Shown one piece after another: positions 22,675 to 32,538 of a stretch of 64,000 nucleotides of DNA. The translations under genes and the position numbers were made by a program. The stretch lies in the sequence record PP400788, one strand, 5' to 3'. Within the stretch, counting starts at the first letter, position 1; each line of letters begins with the position of its first letter. Origin of the DNA: Escherichia phage FL33. Below the pieces are notes generated by a model that saw only the letters and a program-made list of their open reading frames with translations, was not told the origin of the DNA and made no database searches.

Positions 22675-23769
22675 ATGGCAATTGTTAAAGAAATAACTGC
22701 TGATTTAATTAAAAAGTCCGGTGAGAAAATTTCAGCCGGACAGAGTACTAAATCAGAAGTAGGAACTAAAACATACACTGCCCAGTTTCCAACTGGGCGT
22801 GCTAGTGGTAATGACACTACAGGGGACTTCCAGGTAACAGATCTATATAAGAATGGATTATTATTTACTGCATACAATATGTCATCTAGGGATTCTGGAA
22901 GTCTTAGATCGATGAGATCTAACTACTCTTCTTCATCTTCGAGTATTTTACGTACAGCCAGAAACACTATCAGTAATACAGTATCAAAACTGTCAAATGG
23001 ATTAATATCAGATAATAATTCAGGAACAATAAGTAAAGCCCCTGTTGCAAATATTCTTTTACCAAGATCTAAATCTGATGTTGATACATCATCGCACAGA
23101 TTTAATGATGTTCAAGAAAGCCTTATCAGTAGAGGCGGAGGTACTGCTACTGGTGTGCTAAGTAATATTGCTTCAACTGCAGTATTTGGGGCACTGGAAA
23201 GTATAACACAAGGTATAATGGCTGATAATAATGAACAGATTTATACTACAGCCAGAAGTATGTATGGTGGTGCTGAGAATAGAACTAAAGTGTTTACATG
23301 GGATTTGACTCCACGTTCAACAGAAGATTTAATGGCTATTATTAATATCTATCAGTATTTTAACTATTTTTCTTATGGTGAAACGGGCAAATCTCAATAT
23401 GCTGCTGAAATAAAGGGGTATTTAGATGATTGGTATCGTTCTACGTTAATTGAACCTTTATCTCCGGAAGACGCAGCTAAAAATAAAACACTATTTGAGA
23501 AAATGACAGCAAGTTTAACGAACGTTCTAGTAGTTTCAAACCCGACAGTTTGGATGGTGAAAAACTTTGGTGCAACATCTAAGTTTGATGGAAAAACGGA
23601 AATATTTGGTCCATGCCAAATACAGAGCATCAGATTTGATAAAACACCTAATGGTAACTTTAACGGATTAGCTATTGCTCCAAACCTCCCTAGTACATTT
23701 ACTCTCGAGATTACTATGAGAGAAATTATCACGTTAAACCGTGCTTCTTTATATGCGGGGACTTTTTAA
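22675..23769 (+). CDS. 48: baseplate-tail tube junction protein gp48
   Basis: 364-aa ORF; T4 gp48 length and position. Confidence 0.9.
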   Translation: MAIVKEITADLIKKSGEKISAGQSTKSEVGTKTYTAQFPTGRASGNDTTGDFQVTDLYKNGLLFTAYNMSSRDSGSLRSMRSNYSSSSSSILRTARNTISNTVSKLSNGLISDNNSGTISKAPVANILLPRSKSDVDTSSHRFNDVQESLISRGGGTATGVLSNIASTAVFGALESITQGIMADNNEQIYTTARSMYGGAENRTKVFTWDLTPRSTEDLMAIINIYQYFNYFSYGETGKSQYAAEIKGYLDDWYRSTLIEPLSPEDAAKNKTLFEKMTASLTNVLVVSNPTVWMVKNFGATSKFDGKTEIFGPCQIQSIRFDKTPNGNFNGLAIAPNLPSTFTLEITMREIITLNRASLYAGTF

Positions 23770-24734
23770 TGTATTCTTTAGAGGAATTTAATAATCAAGC
23801 AATAAACGCAGACTTCCAACGTAATAATATGTTTAGCTGCGTTTTTGCAACAACTCCATCAACTAAAAGCTCTTCGTTGATAAGTTCAATTAGCAACTTT
23901 TCTTATAATAACTTGGGCCTAAATTCAAATTGGTTAGGATTAACTCAAGGTGATATTAATCAGGGAATTACCACGCTAATTACAGCTGGCACACAAAAAC
24001 TGATAAGAAAATCAGGGGTTAGTAAATATCTTATTGGTGCCATGAGTCAACGTACAGTTCAAAGTTTATTAGGCTCATTTACAGTTGGTACATATTTAAT
24101 TGACTTCTTTAACATGGCATATAACTCATCTGGATTGATGATATACTCTGTAAAAATGCCAGAGAATAGATTATCCTATGAAACTGACTGGAACTATAAT
24201 TCTCCTAATATTCGTATAACTGGGAGAGAATTAGACCCTTTGGTTATTTCATTTAGAATGGATTCAGAATCATGTAATTATCGTGCAATGCAAGACTGGG
24301 TTAACGCTGTTCAAGACCCAGTAACTGGACTGCGTGCTTTGCCACAAGATGTCGAGGCAGACATTCAGGTTAATCTTCATGCTCGTAATGGATTACCTCA
24401 TACTGCTGTGATGTTCACCGGATGCATTCCGGTGTCAGTGAGCGCTCCTGAGTTATCATACGATGGAGATAACCAAATAACTACATTTGATGTTACTTTT
24501 GCGTATAGAGTCATGCAGGCTGGAGCGGTTGATAGACAAGCTGCGCTTGAGTGGCTTGAATCTGCTACTATAAATGGCATTCAAAGCGTTCTCGGAAATA
24601 GCGGAGGTGTTACTGGACTATCTAATTCGCTTTCACGACTTAGTAGATTAGGAGGAACTGCAGGAAGCATTTCAAACATTAATACTATGACAGGAATTGT
24701 CAATTCGCAAAGTAAAATATTAGGAGCAATATAA
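23769..24734 (+). CDS. 54: baseplate-tail tube initiator gp54
   Basis: 321-aa ORF; T4 gp54 position. Confidence 0.9.
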   Translation: MYSLEEFNNQAINADFQRNNMFSCVFATTPSTKSSSLISSISNFSYNNLGLNSNWLGLTQGDINQGITTLITAGTQKLIRKSGVSKYLIGAMSQRTVQSLLGSFTVGTYLIDFFNMAYNSSGLMIYSVKMPENRLSYETDWNYNSPNIRITGRELDPLVISFRMDSESCNYRAMQDWVNAVQDPVTGLRALPQDVEADIQVNLHARNGLPHTAVMFTGCIPVSVSAPELSYDGDNQITTFDVTFAYRVMQAGAVDRQAALEWLESATINGIQSVLGNSGGVTGLSNSLSRLSRLGGTAGSISNINTMTGIVNSQSKILGAI

Positions 24735-24737
24735 CAA

Positions 24738-24757
24738 TGGGGACCGAAAGGTCCCCA
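24738..24757. terminator. bidirectional hairpin terminator between 54 and the alt cluster
   Basis: tggggacc-gaaa-ggtcccca hairpin flanked by A/T runs. Confidence 0.8.
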
Positions 24758-24762
24758 TATTT

Positions 24763-25053
24763 TTATTTACGGAATGAAATAAAAGCAGCAACTGAAGCAA
24801 CTAAACTGTCTTCAATATAAACTTCAATTTTTACCGGAGCTTCTGACTCAAATTTACCTGTTACTACACCTTGGAAAATGCTTTCAGTCTGTTCTGGCTT
24901 TGAAAAATTTTCAGAAGGAAAAATTCCGAACTTTTTATCTGTTCCAAAAATTTTGATAAATTCGTCGTAAACCGCTTCATTAAAAGCGTTATCAGCAGGA
25001 ATAACGCCTTCAACTACGAGTTCTTGACCTAAAAAGCGCAAAGAAGATTTCAT
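24763..25053 (-). CDS. hypothetical protein downstream of alt paralogue
   Basis: 96-aa ORF; GAGGA 8 nt upstream of ATG, supplied by the 54-bp repeat cassette. Confidence 0.6.
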   Translation of the reverse strand: MKSSLRFLGQELVVEGVIPADNAFNEAVYDEFIKIFGTDKKFGIFPSENFSKPEQTESIFQGVVTGKFESEAPVKIEVYIEDSLVASVAAFISFRK

Positions 25054-25060
25054 TTTGTGT

Positions 25061-25114
25061 TCCTCATGTTATGTCAGTAAGATTACTATAACACAACACG
25101 AGGGACTTGTAAAC
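25061..25114 (-). repeat. 54-bp exact direct repeat, copy 1 (early-promoter + RBS cassette)
   Basis: Identical to 40404-40457; minus strand reads GTTTAC-18 nt-TATAGT...GAGGA. Confidence 0.9.
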
Positions 25115-27171
25115 TACATCTTGAACTTTTTAGACATTCCGTTGATGTTAACCAAAGAAGCCAAGATTTGAGAAACTTCGTTTTCCTCTTCTTTTGATTC
25201 TTCTACAAGGAATTGATTAAATCCAGCCATTAGACGAACTTCACCAGTTTCCATTAGATGGTCGCCATCATATACCGATTCTTCTAATTGTTCAGAAGGA
25301 GGAACGATTGTGCCTTCGATTAGATACTTATTATAAGCAGTTTCTTTCATCATGTACGTACTCACTTTATTAATCTTCAGCAAAATTCCACGCGGTAAAA
25401 TAACTTCAGCTTCTGATGGAAATCCTGATAAATGTCCTGGAACGATAACTTTGATTCGCTCAGCTCCTTTAATTACCATACCCACGCTAGTTTCAGCATC
25501 TTCATTCGCATAAGCAGAGTGACTGCCCATATGCATCAAATCTTCTGCGTCAACTGAACCTTCTCCTTCACCAGAAAATACTGCGCCGGAATCATCTAGA
25601 GCCATATAGTTTTTACCATACTCACCGAAGATATTTGGTTTAAGCGATGTGGATACGAAGTTCTTGAAGTAGAACATTTTATTTTCAATATTATGACGTA
25701 AAGTTTTAAAGGTAACTTCTTGTCCACGGTAAAGCGTAGTTCCTGGAGGAAGAACTGATCCTTTGGCAAAGGCAGAATCCATTGTCTCGATGTGTTTAAT
25801 AGCTCGTTCCATATATTCTTCACGGGTAGAATCCGGTTTACCTAAAAGGAACGAGTTCATTTCAACATATGAATCTGCACAATAATCTTCAATTACATCA
25901 GACTCAGCCTGAGTTAATCCTTTTAGAGTTACTTCAGTACTTGCATATTCATACGCTTGAGAAGCAGACTCATTAATCAATTTATAAACGCCATTCATGA
26001 CAAATTGAACAATAGCTACCTTTTCATCTGGTGTGGCTTTAGAACCTTTAACTAAATCATTGACAATTTTCTTAATAACATCAAAGCTATTAGAAATATT
26101 AATGTCAGCGAGATCGCTCAAAATTTTATCGGTTTTATAATCAAAAAATTCTTTATTCTTTAAATATTCTTGAGAACCTTGATGTGTTATATCGCTCTGC
26201 AGTCTGATAGACGGATCACGTAAACGCGCGTGGGCCAATGCAATATGATTTCGGAAGTTTTCTAGTTCATAATCGTTAGATTTAAAACGAGAAGCACTTC
26301 TCATACCACCGATAGCTCCTTTGCTGAAGTTTGAACCAATCTGAATAACGCCAGAGTTCATTGGTCCTTCTGCTTTATATACCGGAACTTTAGATTCAAA
26401 CTCTTGATATTTCTTGGCAGCGAAGCTATCACCCTGAAGTGAAGCATCAACAGTAGAATATTGAGCTTGTGCTGCTAATCGACGACTAATTTTAGTTTTC
26501 TGAATAACAGCTTGATCAGTGCGCTTATCATTTTCTAAAGCAATAGAAGCAGCAACAGCGACAGCTTTAGGAACAGCATTACCTGTTTTAACGTCTACAT
26601 AAACATCACCAACCTTTGATTCAACTTTTGTGAATAACTCAGTTGAAATAGGAGGTACACCTGGAATGTCTTCTAAATTGGCATTTTTACGGTAAACCAT
26701 AATATATGCATATTTTTTATCATAGTCCCAGATTTCCTTTAAAAGAACATATCGACCTGCTCCCTTAGTACGTACTAAACGGTCAGCAATAACTTGCATT
26801 TGACGAGCTGCGCCATTTGTTTTACTCTTTAGTACGCGGAATAGGCATGCGTCGATTTTATACTGTTTCATTGTTTGAAGAGCAGTATCAAAAACAGCAT
26901 TAATGACGCCAATTGGATTTCCACCCAAGTTTCTAAGCTTAACCAGCGATAATTTCTCGTTGACACCTATCATTACGATATGCATCATTTTATCGCCCGG
27001 CTTAACGTTTTTATTTGTATCACCGCCAGAGGTGTATGTACAAAATCTAAATCCAGGAAGCACGCTTTCTTCACCGGCTTGAATAGCAAAAATTTGAGGT
27101 ATTTTATGCTTAGGATTTAAGTTAACAACCGGCGCCGAAGCGCCGTCAAATAATTCTGTAATAAGTTCCAT
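25114..27171 (-). CDS. Alt-like ADP-ribosyltransferase, paralogue 2
   Basis: 685 aa; N-terminus MELITELFD... shared with the adjacent Alt; C-terminal R/S/E motifs (YRGQ, STS, EAEVILPRG). Confidence 0.85.
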   Translation of the reverse strand: MELITELFDGASAPVVNLNPKHKIPQIFAIQAGEESVLPGFRFCTYTSGGDTNKNVKPGDKMMHIVMIGVNEKLSLVKLRNLGGNPIGVINAVFDTALQTMKQYKIDACLFRVLKSKTNGAARQMQVIADRLVRTKGAGRYVLLKEIWDYDKKYAYIMVYRKNANLEDIPGVPPISTELFTKVESKVGDVYVDVKTGNAVPKAVAVAASIALENDKRTDQAVIQKTKISRRLAAQAQYSTVDASLQGDSFAAKKYQEFESKVPVYKAEGPMNSGVIQIGSNFSKGAIGGMRSASRFKSNDYELENFRNHIALAHARLRDPSIRLQSDITHQGSQEYLKNKEFFDYKTDKILSDLADINISNSFDVIKKIVNDLVKGSKATPDEKVAIVQFVMNGVYKLINESASQAYEYASTEVTLKGLTQAESDVIEDYCADSYVEMNSFLLGKPDSTREEYMERAIKHIETMDSAFAKGSVLPPGTTLYRGQEVTFKTLRHNIENKMFYFKNFVSTSLKPNIFGEYGKNYMALDDSGAVFSGEGEGSVDAEDLMHMGSHSAYANEDAETSVGMVIKGAERIKVIVPGHLSGFPSEAEVILPRGILLKINKVSTYMMKETAYNKYLIEGTIVPPSEQLEESVYDGDHLMETGEVRLMAGFNQFLVEESKEEENEVSQILASLVNINGMSKKFKM

Positions 27172-27174
27172 GAT

Positions 27175-29271
27175 TTATCCTTGAACGAACTTGTAAGGCA
27201 TGTTTGTAATATCTATGCAAGACGCAATAATTCCAAGAGATGATTCTACTTTCTGTTTAATATTTGATGAAACAAATGATGCAAAGTCAACTCTGTCTTC
27301 TATTTCAATATCACCTGTCATTGCAACTACTTCGCCGGTTTCCATTAAATGGTCTCCGTCATAGATTACCGATTCAGTGAGTTCTTCTGTGGTCATAACT
27401 TCAGCTTGAATGAGTTTTGTATTATTAGACGTGGTTCCGTCATTATTAGAAGCATCAGTTATTTTATTAACTTTAACCATCAATCCGCGCGGTAGAATAA
27501 CTTCAGCTTCTGTTGCTATTCCGAGACTTCCTGGATATACAACATTAACTTTATGAGCTCCATCAATTGCCCATCCTATTTGAACTTTAACGTATTCAGG
27601 ATTTTCTTTATACGCTCTTATTTCGTTTGGATTAATAGTTATTCCTTCTTCATTTTTATCAACCGTTAATTCGTTACGAGCTTCTGGTTCTAAAAGACCA
27701 ATACCAGCATGTGTAATTCCAAAACGCCCAAAAATGATAGGAGTTAAAGAAGTAGATACAAAATTTCTGAAATAGAACACTTTATTTTTAACTAGCGCTT
27801 CGTATATAGGAGCAGTCATACTTTGAGCACGATAAACTGTAATGCCTTCCGGTATGCGGTCACCATTTTCAAAAGCTGAATCTAAATTATTTATAGCAGA
27901 TTCAATTTCTTTTTCACTCATTACATCATATCGTTCTGGATTGTAACGACCTAAAAGAAGATTATTGATGTCAGTATATCCTGAACCACAATACTCTCTA
28001 ATGCCGCGCTTTTGTGATGGAGTATATTTAGAACCATCACGGGCAATAGTAATATCAATCATTGGACCTGCACCAATTCCAGAAAAACTATAAATCATTC
28101 TTTTGAGGAATTTAGTTTTTGCTGCGTTCCAGGAATTTTTAGTCATTTCTTCCCAGACTTCATCTGGCTGCCCTTTACGAGTTTTATTATGTTTATCAAG
28201 CCAATTATCTTTATATTCTTCAAAGAGTTGATTAACAGCTGCTGCGTATTTCTCTAAACATTTTATTGAAGTAGTTGGTTCATTTTTAATCGCATTAAGA
28301 ATTACATCTTTAATTTTTTCAGAAACTTCATTAACCTCACTTTTTGAAAAGAATTTATAGTCATAATGAAGTTCATTCGCAGTTCCTTCGGCAATAATTT
28401 TTGCTGCCTTAGTTTTAGAAGCTAATGAATTAATTCCAAGCTTCATTTCTTCTGCTTCGGGAATTAAAGGAGCGGTAGCAGGTTTATTGAAATTAGCTGC
28501 GGTAGATTCATACTTCTGGAATAATTCACTTTCAAATCTAGAAGATTCCAATGACTGACTTTGTGCAATTGCTCTACGGGAAATTTTAACTTTAACGATT
28601 ACAGCTTGGTCAGAACGTTTATCATTTTCTTGTGCAATAGATGCTGCAATTGCCTCATTTTTAGTTACTTGAGCTCCAGTATCTTTATTGATATAAACAT
28701 CACCGACCTTCGATTCAACTTTAGTAAAGAGCTCGGTACTAATTTCCGGAACCCCTGGAATGTCTTCTAGTGATACATTTTTGCGATGTATAAGAATATA
28801 TGCATACTTTTTATCATAATCCCAGAGTTCCTTAAGAAGGACGTATCTGCCACCTGAACGACTACGGATAAGTCTATCAGCAATAACTTGAATTTGTCTA
28901 GCTTGACCAGCAGTTTTAGACTTAAGAATACGGAGCATACAAGCATCAATTTTATACTGACGCATTGTTTGCATTGCAACAGTAAAAACCGAATTGATAT
29001 AATTAATTGGGCTTGGACCAAGACCTTTCAATTTAGCAATTGAACCTTTAGCAGTTAATGTAAAAGGAACAATATGCATCATTTTATCGCCCATCTTTAA
29101 ATCACGGTTAGTATCACCTCCAGATGTATAGGTACATAAACGAAAGCCTGGTTGCTCAATTGCGTCATCAACATGAACTGAAAAAATTTGCGGTATTTTC
29201 TTCTTTGGATTTAAGTTTGTAATCGGAAGAGTAGTATCTTCGTCAAATAATTCTGTAATAAGTTCCATCAT
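27175..29271 (-). CDS. alt: Alt ADP-ribosyltransferase (virion-packaged)
   Basis: 698 aa; MMELITELFDEDTTLPITNL...; motifs YRAQ, STS, EAEVILPRG; late promoter upstream; start may be the second Met (29268). Confidence 0.88.
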   Translation of the reverse strand: MMELITELFDEDTTLPITNLNPKKKIPQIFSVHVDDAIEQPGFRLCTYTSGGDTNRDLKMGDKMMHIVPFTLTAKGSIAKLKGLGPSPINYINSVFTVAMQTMRQYKIDACMLRILKSKTAGQARQIQVIADRLIRSRSGGRYVLLKELWDYDKKYAYILIHRKNVSLEDIPGVPEISTELFTKVESKVGDVYINKDTGAQVTKNEAIAASIAQENDKRSDQAVIVKVKISRRAIAQSQSLESSRFESELFQKYESTAANFNKPATAPLIPEAEEMKLGINSLASKTKAAKIIAEGTANELHYDYKFFSKSEVNEVSEKIKDVILNAIKNEPTTSIKCLEKYAAAVNQLFEEYKDNWLDKHNKTRKGQPDEVWEEMTKNSWNAAKTKFLKRMIYSFSGIGAGPMIDITIARDGSKYTPSQKRGIREYCGSGYTDINNLLLGRYNPERYDVMSEKEIESAINNLDSAFENGDRIPEGITVYRAQSMTAPIYEALVKNKVFYFRNFVSTSLTPIIFGRFGITHAGIGLLEPEARNELTVDKNEEGITINPNEIRAYKENPEYVKVQIGWAIDGAHKVNVVYPGSLGIATEAEVILPRGLMVKVNKITDASNNDGTTSNNTKLIQAEVMTTEELTESVIYDGDHLMETGEVVAMTGDIEIEDRVDFASFVSSNIKQKVESSLGIIASCIDITNMPYKFVQG

Positions 29272-29291
29272 ATCCTCTCTAGTGTTTATTC

Positions 29292-29299
29292 TATTTATA
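29292..29299 (-). promoter_or_regulatory. late promoter TATAAATA (minus strand) upstream of alt
   Basis: Plus-strand tatttata is TATAAATA on minus, 21 nt upstream of alt ATG. Confidence 0.6.
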
Positions 29300-29304
29300 A
29301 AATT

Positions 29305-29322
29305 AAAGGCCCGAAGGCCTTT
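29305..29322 (-). terminator. hairpin terminator after gene 30 operon
   Basis: ggcc-cgaa-ggcc hairpin with flanking T-run right after the 62-aa ORF stop. Confidence 0.65.
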
Positions 29323-29509
29323 AATAATCTAGTGGTAAGAGAGTACGATATATTTCAAATTTTGGACCTTTTTCATAGGCATCAAATGTTTCTGTGAATT
29401 TATTATAAGCATATGCATCTATAAATTCAAGCATGATTTGTGATACAGAAGTAGAAACATCTCCACCTTCTTTTTGAGCAATGACAATTGTTTCTAAGTA
29501 AGCTTTCAT
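29321..29509 (-). CDS. hypothetical small protein translationally coupled to ligase
   Basis: 62-aa ORF whose ATG overlaps the ligase stop by 4 nt. Confidence 0.55.
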   Translation of the reverse strand: MKAYLETIVIAQKEGGDVSTSVSQIMLEFIDAYAYNKFTETFDAYEKGPKFEIYRTLLPLDY

Positions 29510-30966
29510 AGACCAGTTACCTCATGAAAATCACCAAATACATCTTCGAATGTATTAGCTTTAGTTTTATCTTCACGTAAACGAATCGCAATCGGAAGAA
29601 ATAATTTAACGTAATCAGTACGGCCATCAGATTTTAACCAACCGTTGCATTCGCACTCTAGAATTTTTCCAATATAATAATTTTGGTTTTCCATAATGCG
29701 AGTACGGTCAAGTTCATGCGATTTTACGCCGGCTTTATCTTTTAAGCCTGAACCAGCATTTACCTTAATTTTTCCACACTCTGATTCAAGAATAAATCCA
29801 CCTGCTTTAGTAGGGTCTTTACGGTGAGGATAAATTCCTACAATTTTTAAATCAACATCAATTACTTCTTTAAATTTATAAAGATTTTTTGAACGAGCAT
29901 TTTCCCACAATCCATCGGTATTTTTGAGAATAATACCTTCAAGACCTTGGTCAATATATTTTTTATAAATTACCTTAGCTTCATCTAGGTTATTTACTAC
30001 TTGGTTTTCAATTAAAATTACTTTATCATATCCTGATGTCATTTGTTCTAGTTTAGAAAAACGTACATCATATTTTAAACGAAACGCCGGAAGACCGTAT
30101 ATTTCTACCAACGGAACATAATCCCAGACCTGAAACTTCATGCATTTGGCTTCTTTTTCTGAAATAGTTCCCTTTAAAGATTTATTGGCGATTCCATTAG
30201 AAGCAGTACGAGATTCAGCTACTTCGGCAAACTCTTTAGCTTTACTATTTTCAGGAGCATCAAAAAGAAAATCTAGGCCTTCTGGTTCCTTTTCAACTTG
30301 CTCATGGTATACCAATTCGCCATCGATTAACACGCCTTCTGGATGAATCTGGCGGGCTTCAGCAGTCATTTTGATTAACTCTTCCTTAAGAAGATCTAAT
30401 CCTAGGTATTCATTGCCAGCTCGCGATAAAAGACGAACATCATCTAATTCATCACCTCGGACTTCAGCAAAACACCGAGCTCCATCTGCTTTTAACTGCG
30501 CAAAAGCTGGAAATTTGATATTCTTACTAATGCCTTTTTCATCATAAGAACTTGCAAGCATTTGAGGTTGTTCAGGAATTAAACCTGGCCAAACTTTGTT
30601 TGCAATAGATACTGAAGCACCGCATTCAAGGTCTCGCATCATAACTCGACGTAGTACTTCAACATCATCCTTTTTACCATCGGTGATATATCCAGTTAAT
30701 TCCTCAATTGCTGCATTTCCAGTCAATTTCCGAGTAGCTAACGTAAATTCAATAAAGTCAAGCATATCGGTAATAGTCAGCATTCCAAAACTCTGGGTAG
30801 CAATACCGGGTTTAGGCCATTTCTTGATATAATACTGTAACCCACGAGAATAAGTCAGACGATATACTCGTTTAAGCAATTCATTATCTTTATTCTTTTC
30901 AAGAATTGCTTGCTTCTGCTTAGTTGATCCAATAGATGCTATTTCATTCAGAATTTTAAGAATCAT
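29506..30966 (-). CDS. 30: ATP-dependent DNA ligase gp30
   Basis: 486 aa; MILKILNEIASIGSTKQKQAILEKNKDNELLKRVYRL... and adenylation lysine motif KADGAR as T4 DNA ligase. Confidence 0.97.
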   Translation of the reverse strand: MILKILNEIASIGSTKQKQAILEKNKDNELLKRVYRLTYSRGLQYYIKKWPKPGIATQSFGMLTITDMLDFIEFTLATRKLTGNAAIEELTGYITDGKKDDVEVLRRVMMRDLECGASVSIANKVWPGLIPEQPQMLASSYDEKGISKNIKFPAFAQLKADGARCFAEVRGDELDDVRLLSRAGNEYLGLDLLKEELIKMTAEARQIHPEGVLIDGELVYHEQVEKEPEGLDFLFDAPENSKAKEFAEVAESRTASNGIANKSLKGTISEKEAKCMKFQVWDYVPLVEIYGLPAFRLKYDVRFSKLEQMTSGYDKVILIENQVVNNLDEAKVIYKKYIDQGLEGIILKNTDGLWENARSKNLYKFKEVIDVDLKIVGIYPHRKDPTKAGGFILESECGKIKVNAGSGLKDKAGVKSHELDRTRIMENQNYYIGKILECECNGWLKSDGRTDYVKLFLPIAIRLREDKTKANTFEDVFGDFHEVTGL

Positions 30967-31232
30967 TGTTCATCCTTCAGAGTTTGATTTACATCTCTAT
31001 TATAAATCAATTCATCATTAAGCTCAGGCAAAGACTTATGATATGTAGTTCTAACTTTATTTCCTTGCATCCAATGCTTGACGTAAATGAAACCTTGTTC
31101 TACACATTTTTTAAAAATTCGTTCGTCTTTTTGAGCACGGAATTCTGGATTGCATCTAAAAAATTGATTTACGTGACCGTAATCACGTGTAGTATTACCT
31201 TCATTTTCATAAATAGTATGAACAACAAACAT
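30963..31232 (-). CDS. hypothetical protein (gene 30 early cluster)
   Basis: 89-aa ORF, overlapping stop/start with neighbours. Confidence 0.6.
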   Translation of the reverse strand: MFVVHTIYENEGNTTRDYGHVNQFFRCNPEFRAQKDERIFKKCVEQGFIYVKHWMQGNKVRTTYHKSLPELNDELIYNRDVNQTLKDEQ

Positions 31233-32077
31233 TAGAATGCTCCTTGAAAAATATTATCACCACTAGTAGGTCTATTATACAAATACTCTATGCCACCAGG
31301 TTTAATATAGTTCCATGTCTGAAACGGATGTGTCTGATATGGATGATATAGATAATATGGATTATAAGGATTTAATCCAGGCGTTCTCCAGGTAGTGTTC
31401 CAAGGAAAAGAATCGTTTTTAACCATCTTCTCAATTAGATCTTTTATAGCTTTTTCACTATCAAAACTTTCTTTATTTTCCTTCGGTGAAAAAAGCTTAT
31501 TTTCTACATCATTCCATGTATAAACTCGCTGTGCAGTTTTTGGAATATTATCACGCTCTCCTCGAGCCATCCAATAAACAGGAACATTTAATATTTCACT
31601 CGCGTGGTCGCAGTGGTGAGCGAGATCGTCAATATAACAAATTACGTTATATTTCTCTTTTGCCTTTTTGAACAGCTCTTCTTTTGAAGAATCATGACCA
31701 CACATCATTACTTCTGAGAAGGCACCAGGAAAAAGAGCATTCAAATTAAATTGACGATTCAACAGAGCGTCAATAGAATCACCCAATGCTGTAACAGCTA
31801 CAAAATTATAATCTTCTTTTAATTTGTTAATTACACACAAGGCATCTTTATACGGAGACAAGTAACGAATAAAATCTGAACGATTGTATTTTTCAATTAA
31901 CTTGACGCCAAGTTCTTCGTCACAATTAAAGAGTTTACCTGGAGAAATAAATTTCTCATCTTGGATCATTTTTAAAATATGTTCTAATGGAAGATTATAT
32001 TTTTGAGCAAAATAAGGAAGACCTGATTGCCAGCTTAAACATACTCCATCAATATCAGTTAAAATAGTAGGCTTCAT
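31232..32077 (-). CDS. HAD-superfamily hydrolase-like protein
   Basis: 281 aa; N-terminal ILTDIDGVCLSW resembles HAD motif I (DxDG). Confidence 0.7.
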   Translation of the reverse strand: MKPTILTDIDGVCLSWQSGLPYFAQKYNLPLEHILKMIQDEKFISPGKLFNCDEELGVKLIEKYNRSDFIRYLSPYKDALCVINKLKEDYNFVAVTALGDSIDALLNRQFNLNALFPGAFSEVMMCGHDSSKEELFKKAKEKYNVICYIDDLAHHCDHASEILNVPVYWMARGERDNIPKTAQRVYTWNDVENKLFSPKENKESFDSEKAIKDLIEKMVKNDSFPWNTTWRTPGLNPYNPYYLYHPYQTHPFQTWNYIKPGGIEYLYNRPTSGDNIFQGAF

Positions 32078-32538
32078 AGAGAGTCTCTTAATAGGTTTAA
32101 CACATCAATAAATTCAGCTTCGGTTAGTATTGTATCATCTTTTGTTAGACCACTAGCCATGCTGTGCTTCAAAACTTTTCCTTTCGAGGCTTGTAATGCA
32201 TCACGAAAGCCCTTGTTTTGGATCGCTGCTTCAAAGTATGCATTTGTGTATAATTCTTTCCACGCTGGAGAGTATCTTGAAAACGGAACTCCAAGCCAGA
32301 AGAGGGTCCCACGGTCTTGAGCTCTAGCATAAGACCTTCCAGCTTGTTGGGCGGCAAGCCCGGATAACCCAAATATACGACGTTGTTGTTCAGCATTTTT
32401 CACCTTACATCCTTGAAGGAATCCTTCGAGACCTCCAAATTGGATACCATCCATAACGAAAGGCCATTGGGCGAAATTGCTTAATGCACATGATGGCCAT
32501 CTAAAATTGCTTCTTATTTCTAGCTCAGACATTTTCAA
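32074..32538 (-). CDS. NADAR (YbiA/DUF1768) family protein
   Basis: 154 aa; SCALSNFAQWPFVMDGIQF matches the NADAR signature (compare E. coli YbiA GDFSNFAAWPIKVDGKTW). Confidence 0.65.
   Translation of the reverse strand: MKMSELEIRSNFRWPSCALSNFAQWPFVMDGIQFGGLEGFLQGCKVKNAEQQRRIFGLSGLAAQQAGRSYARAQDRGTLFWLGVPFSRYSPAWKELYTNAYFEAAIQNKGFRDALQASKGKVLKHSMASGLTKDDTILTEAEFIDVLNLLRDSL

Noticed and set aside
25114-29271. Tandem Alt genes as an assembly duplication artefact
   Set aside because: The copies are clearly diverged in their central regions and each has an intact frame and RBS; real paralogues.
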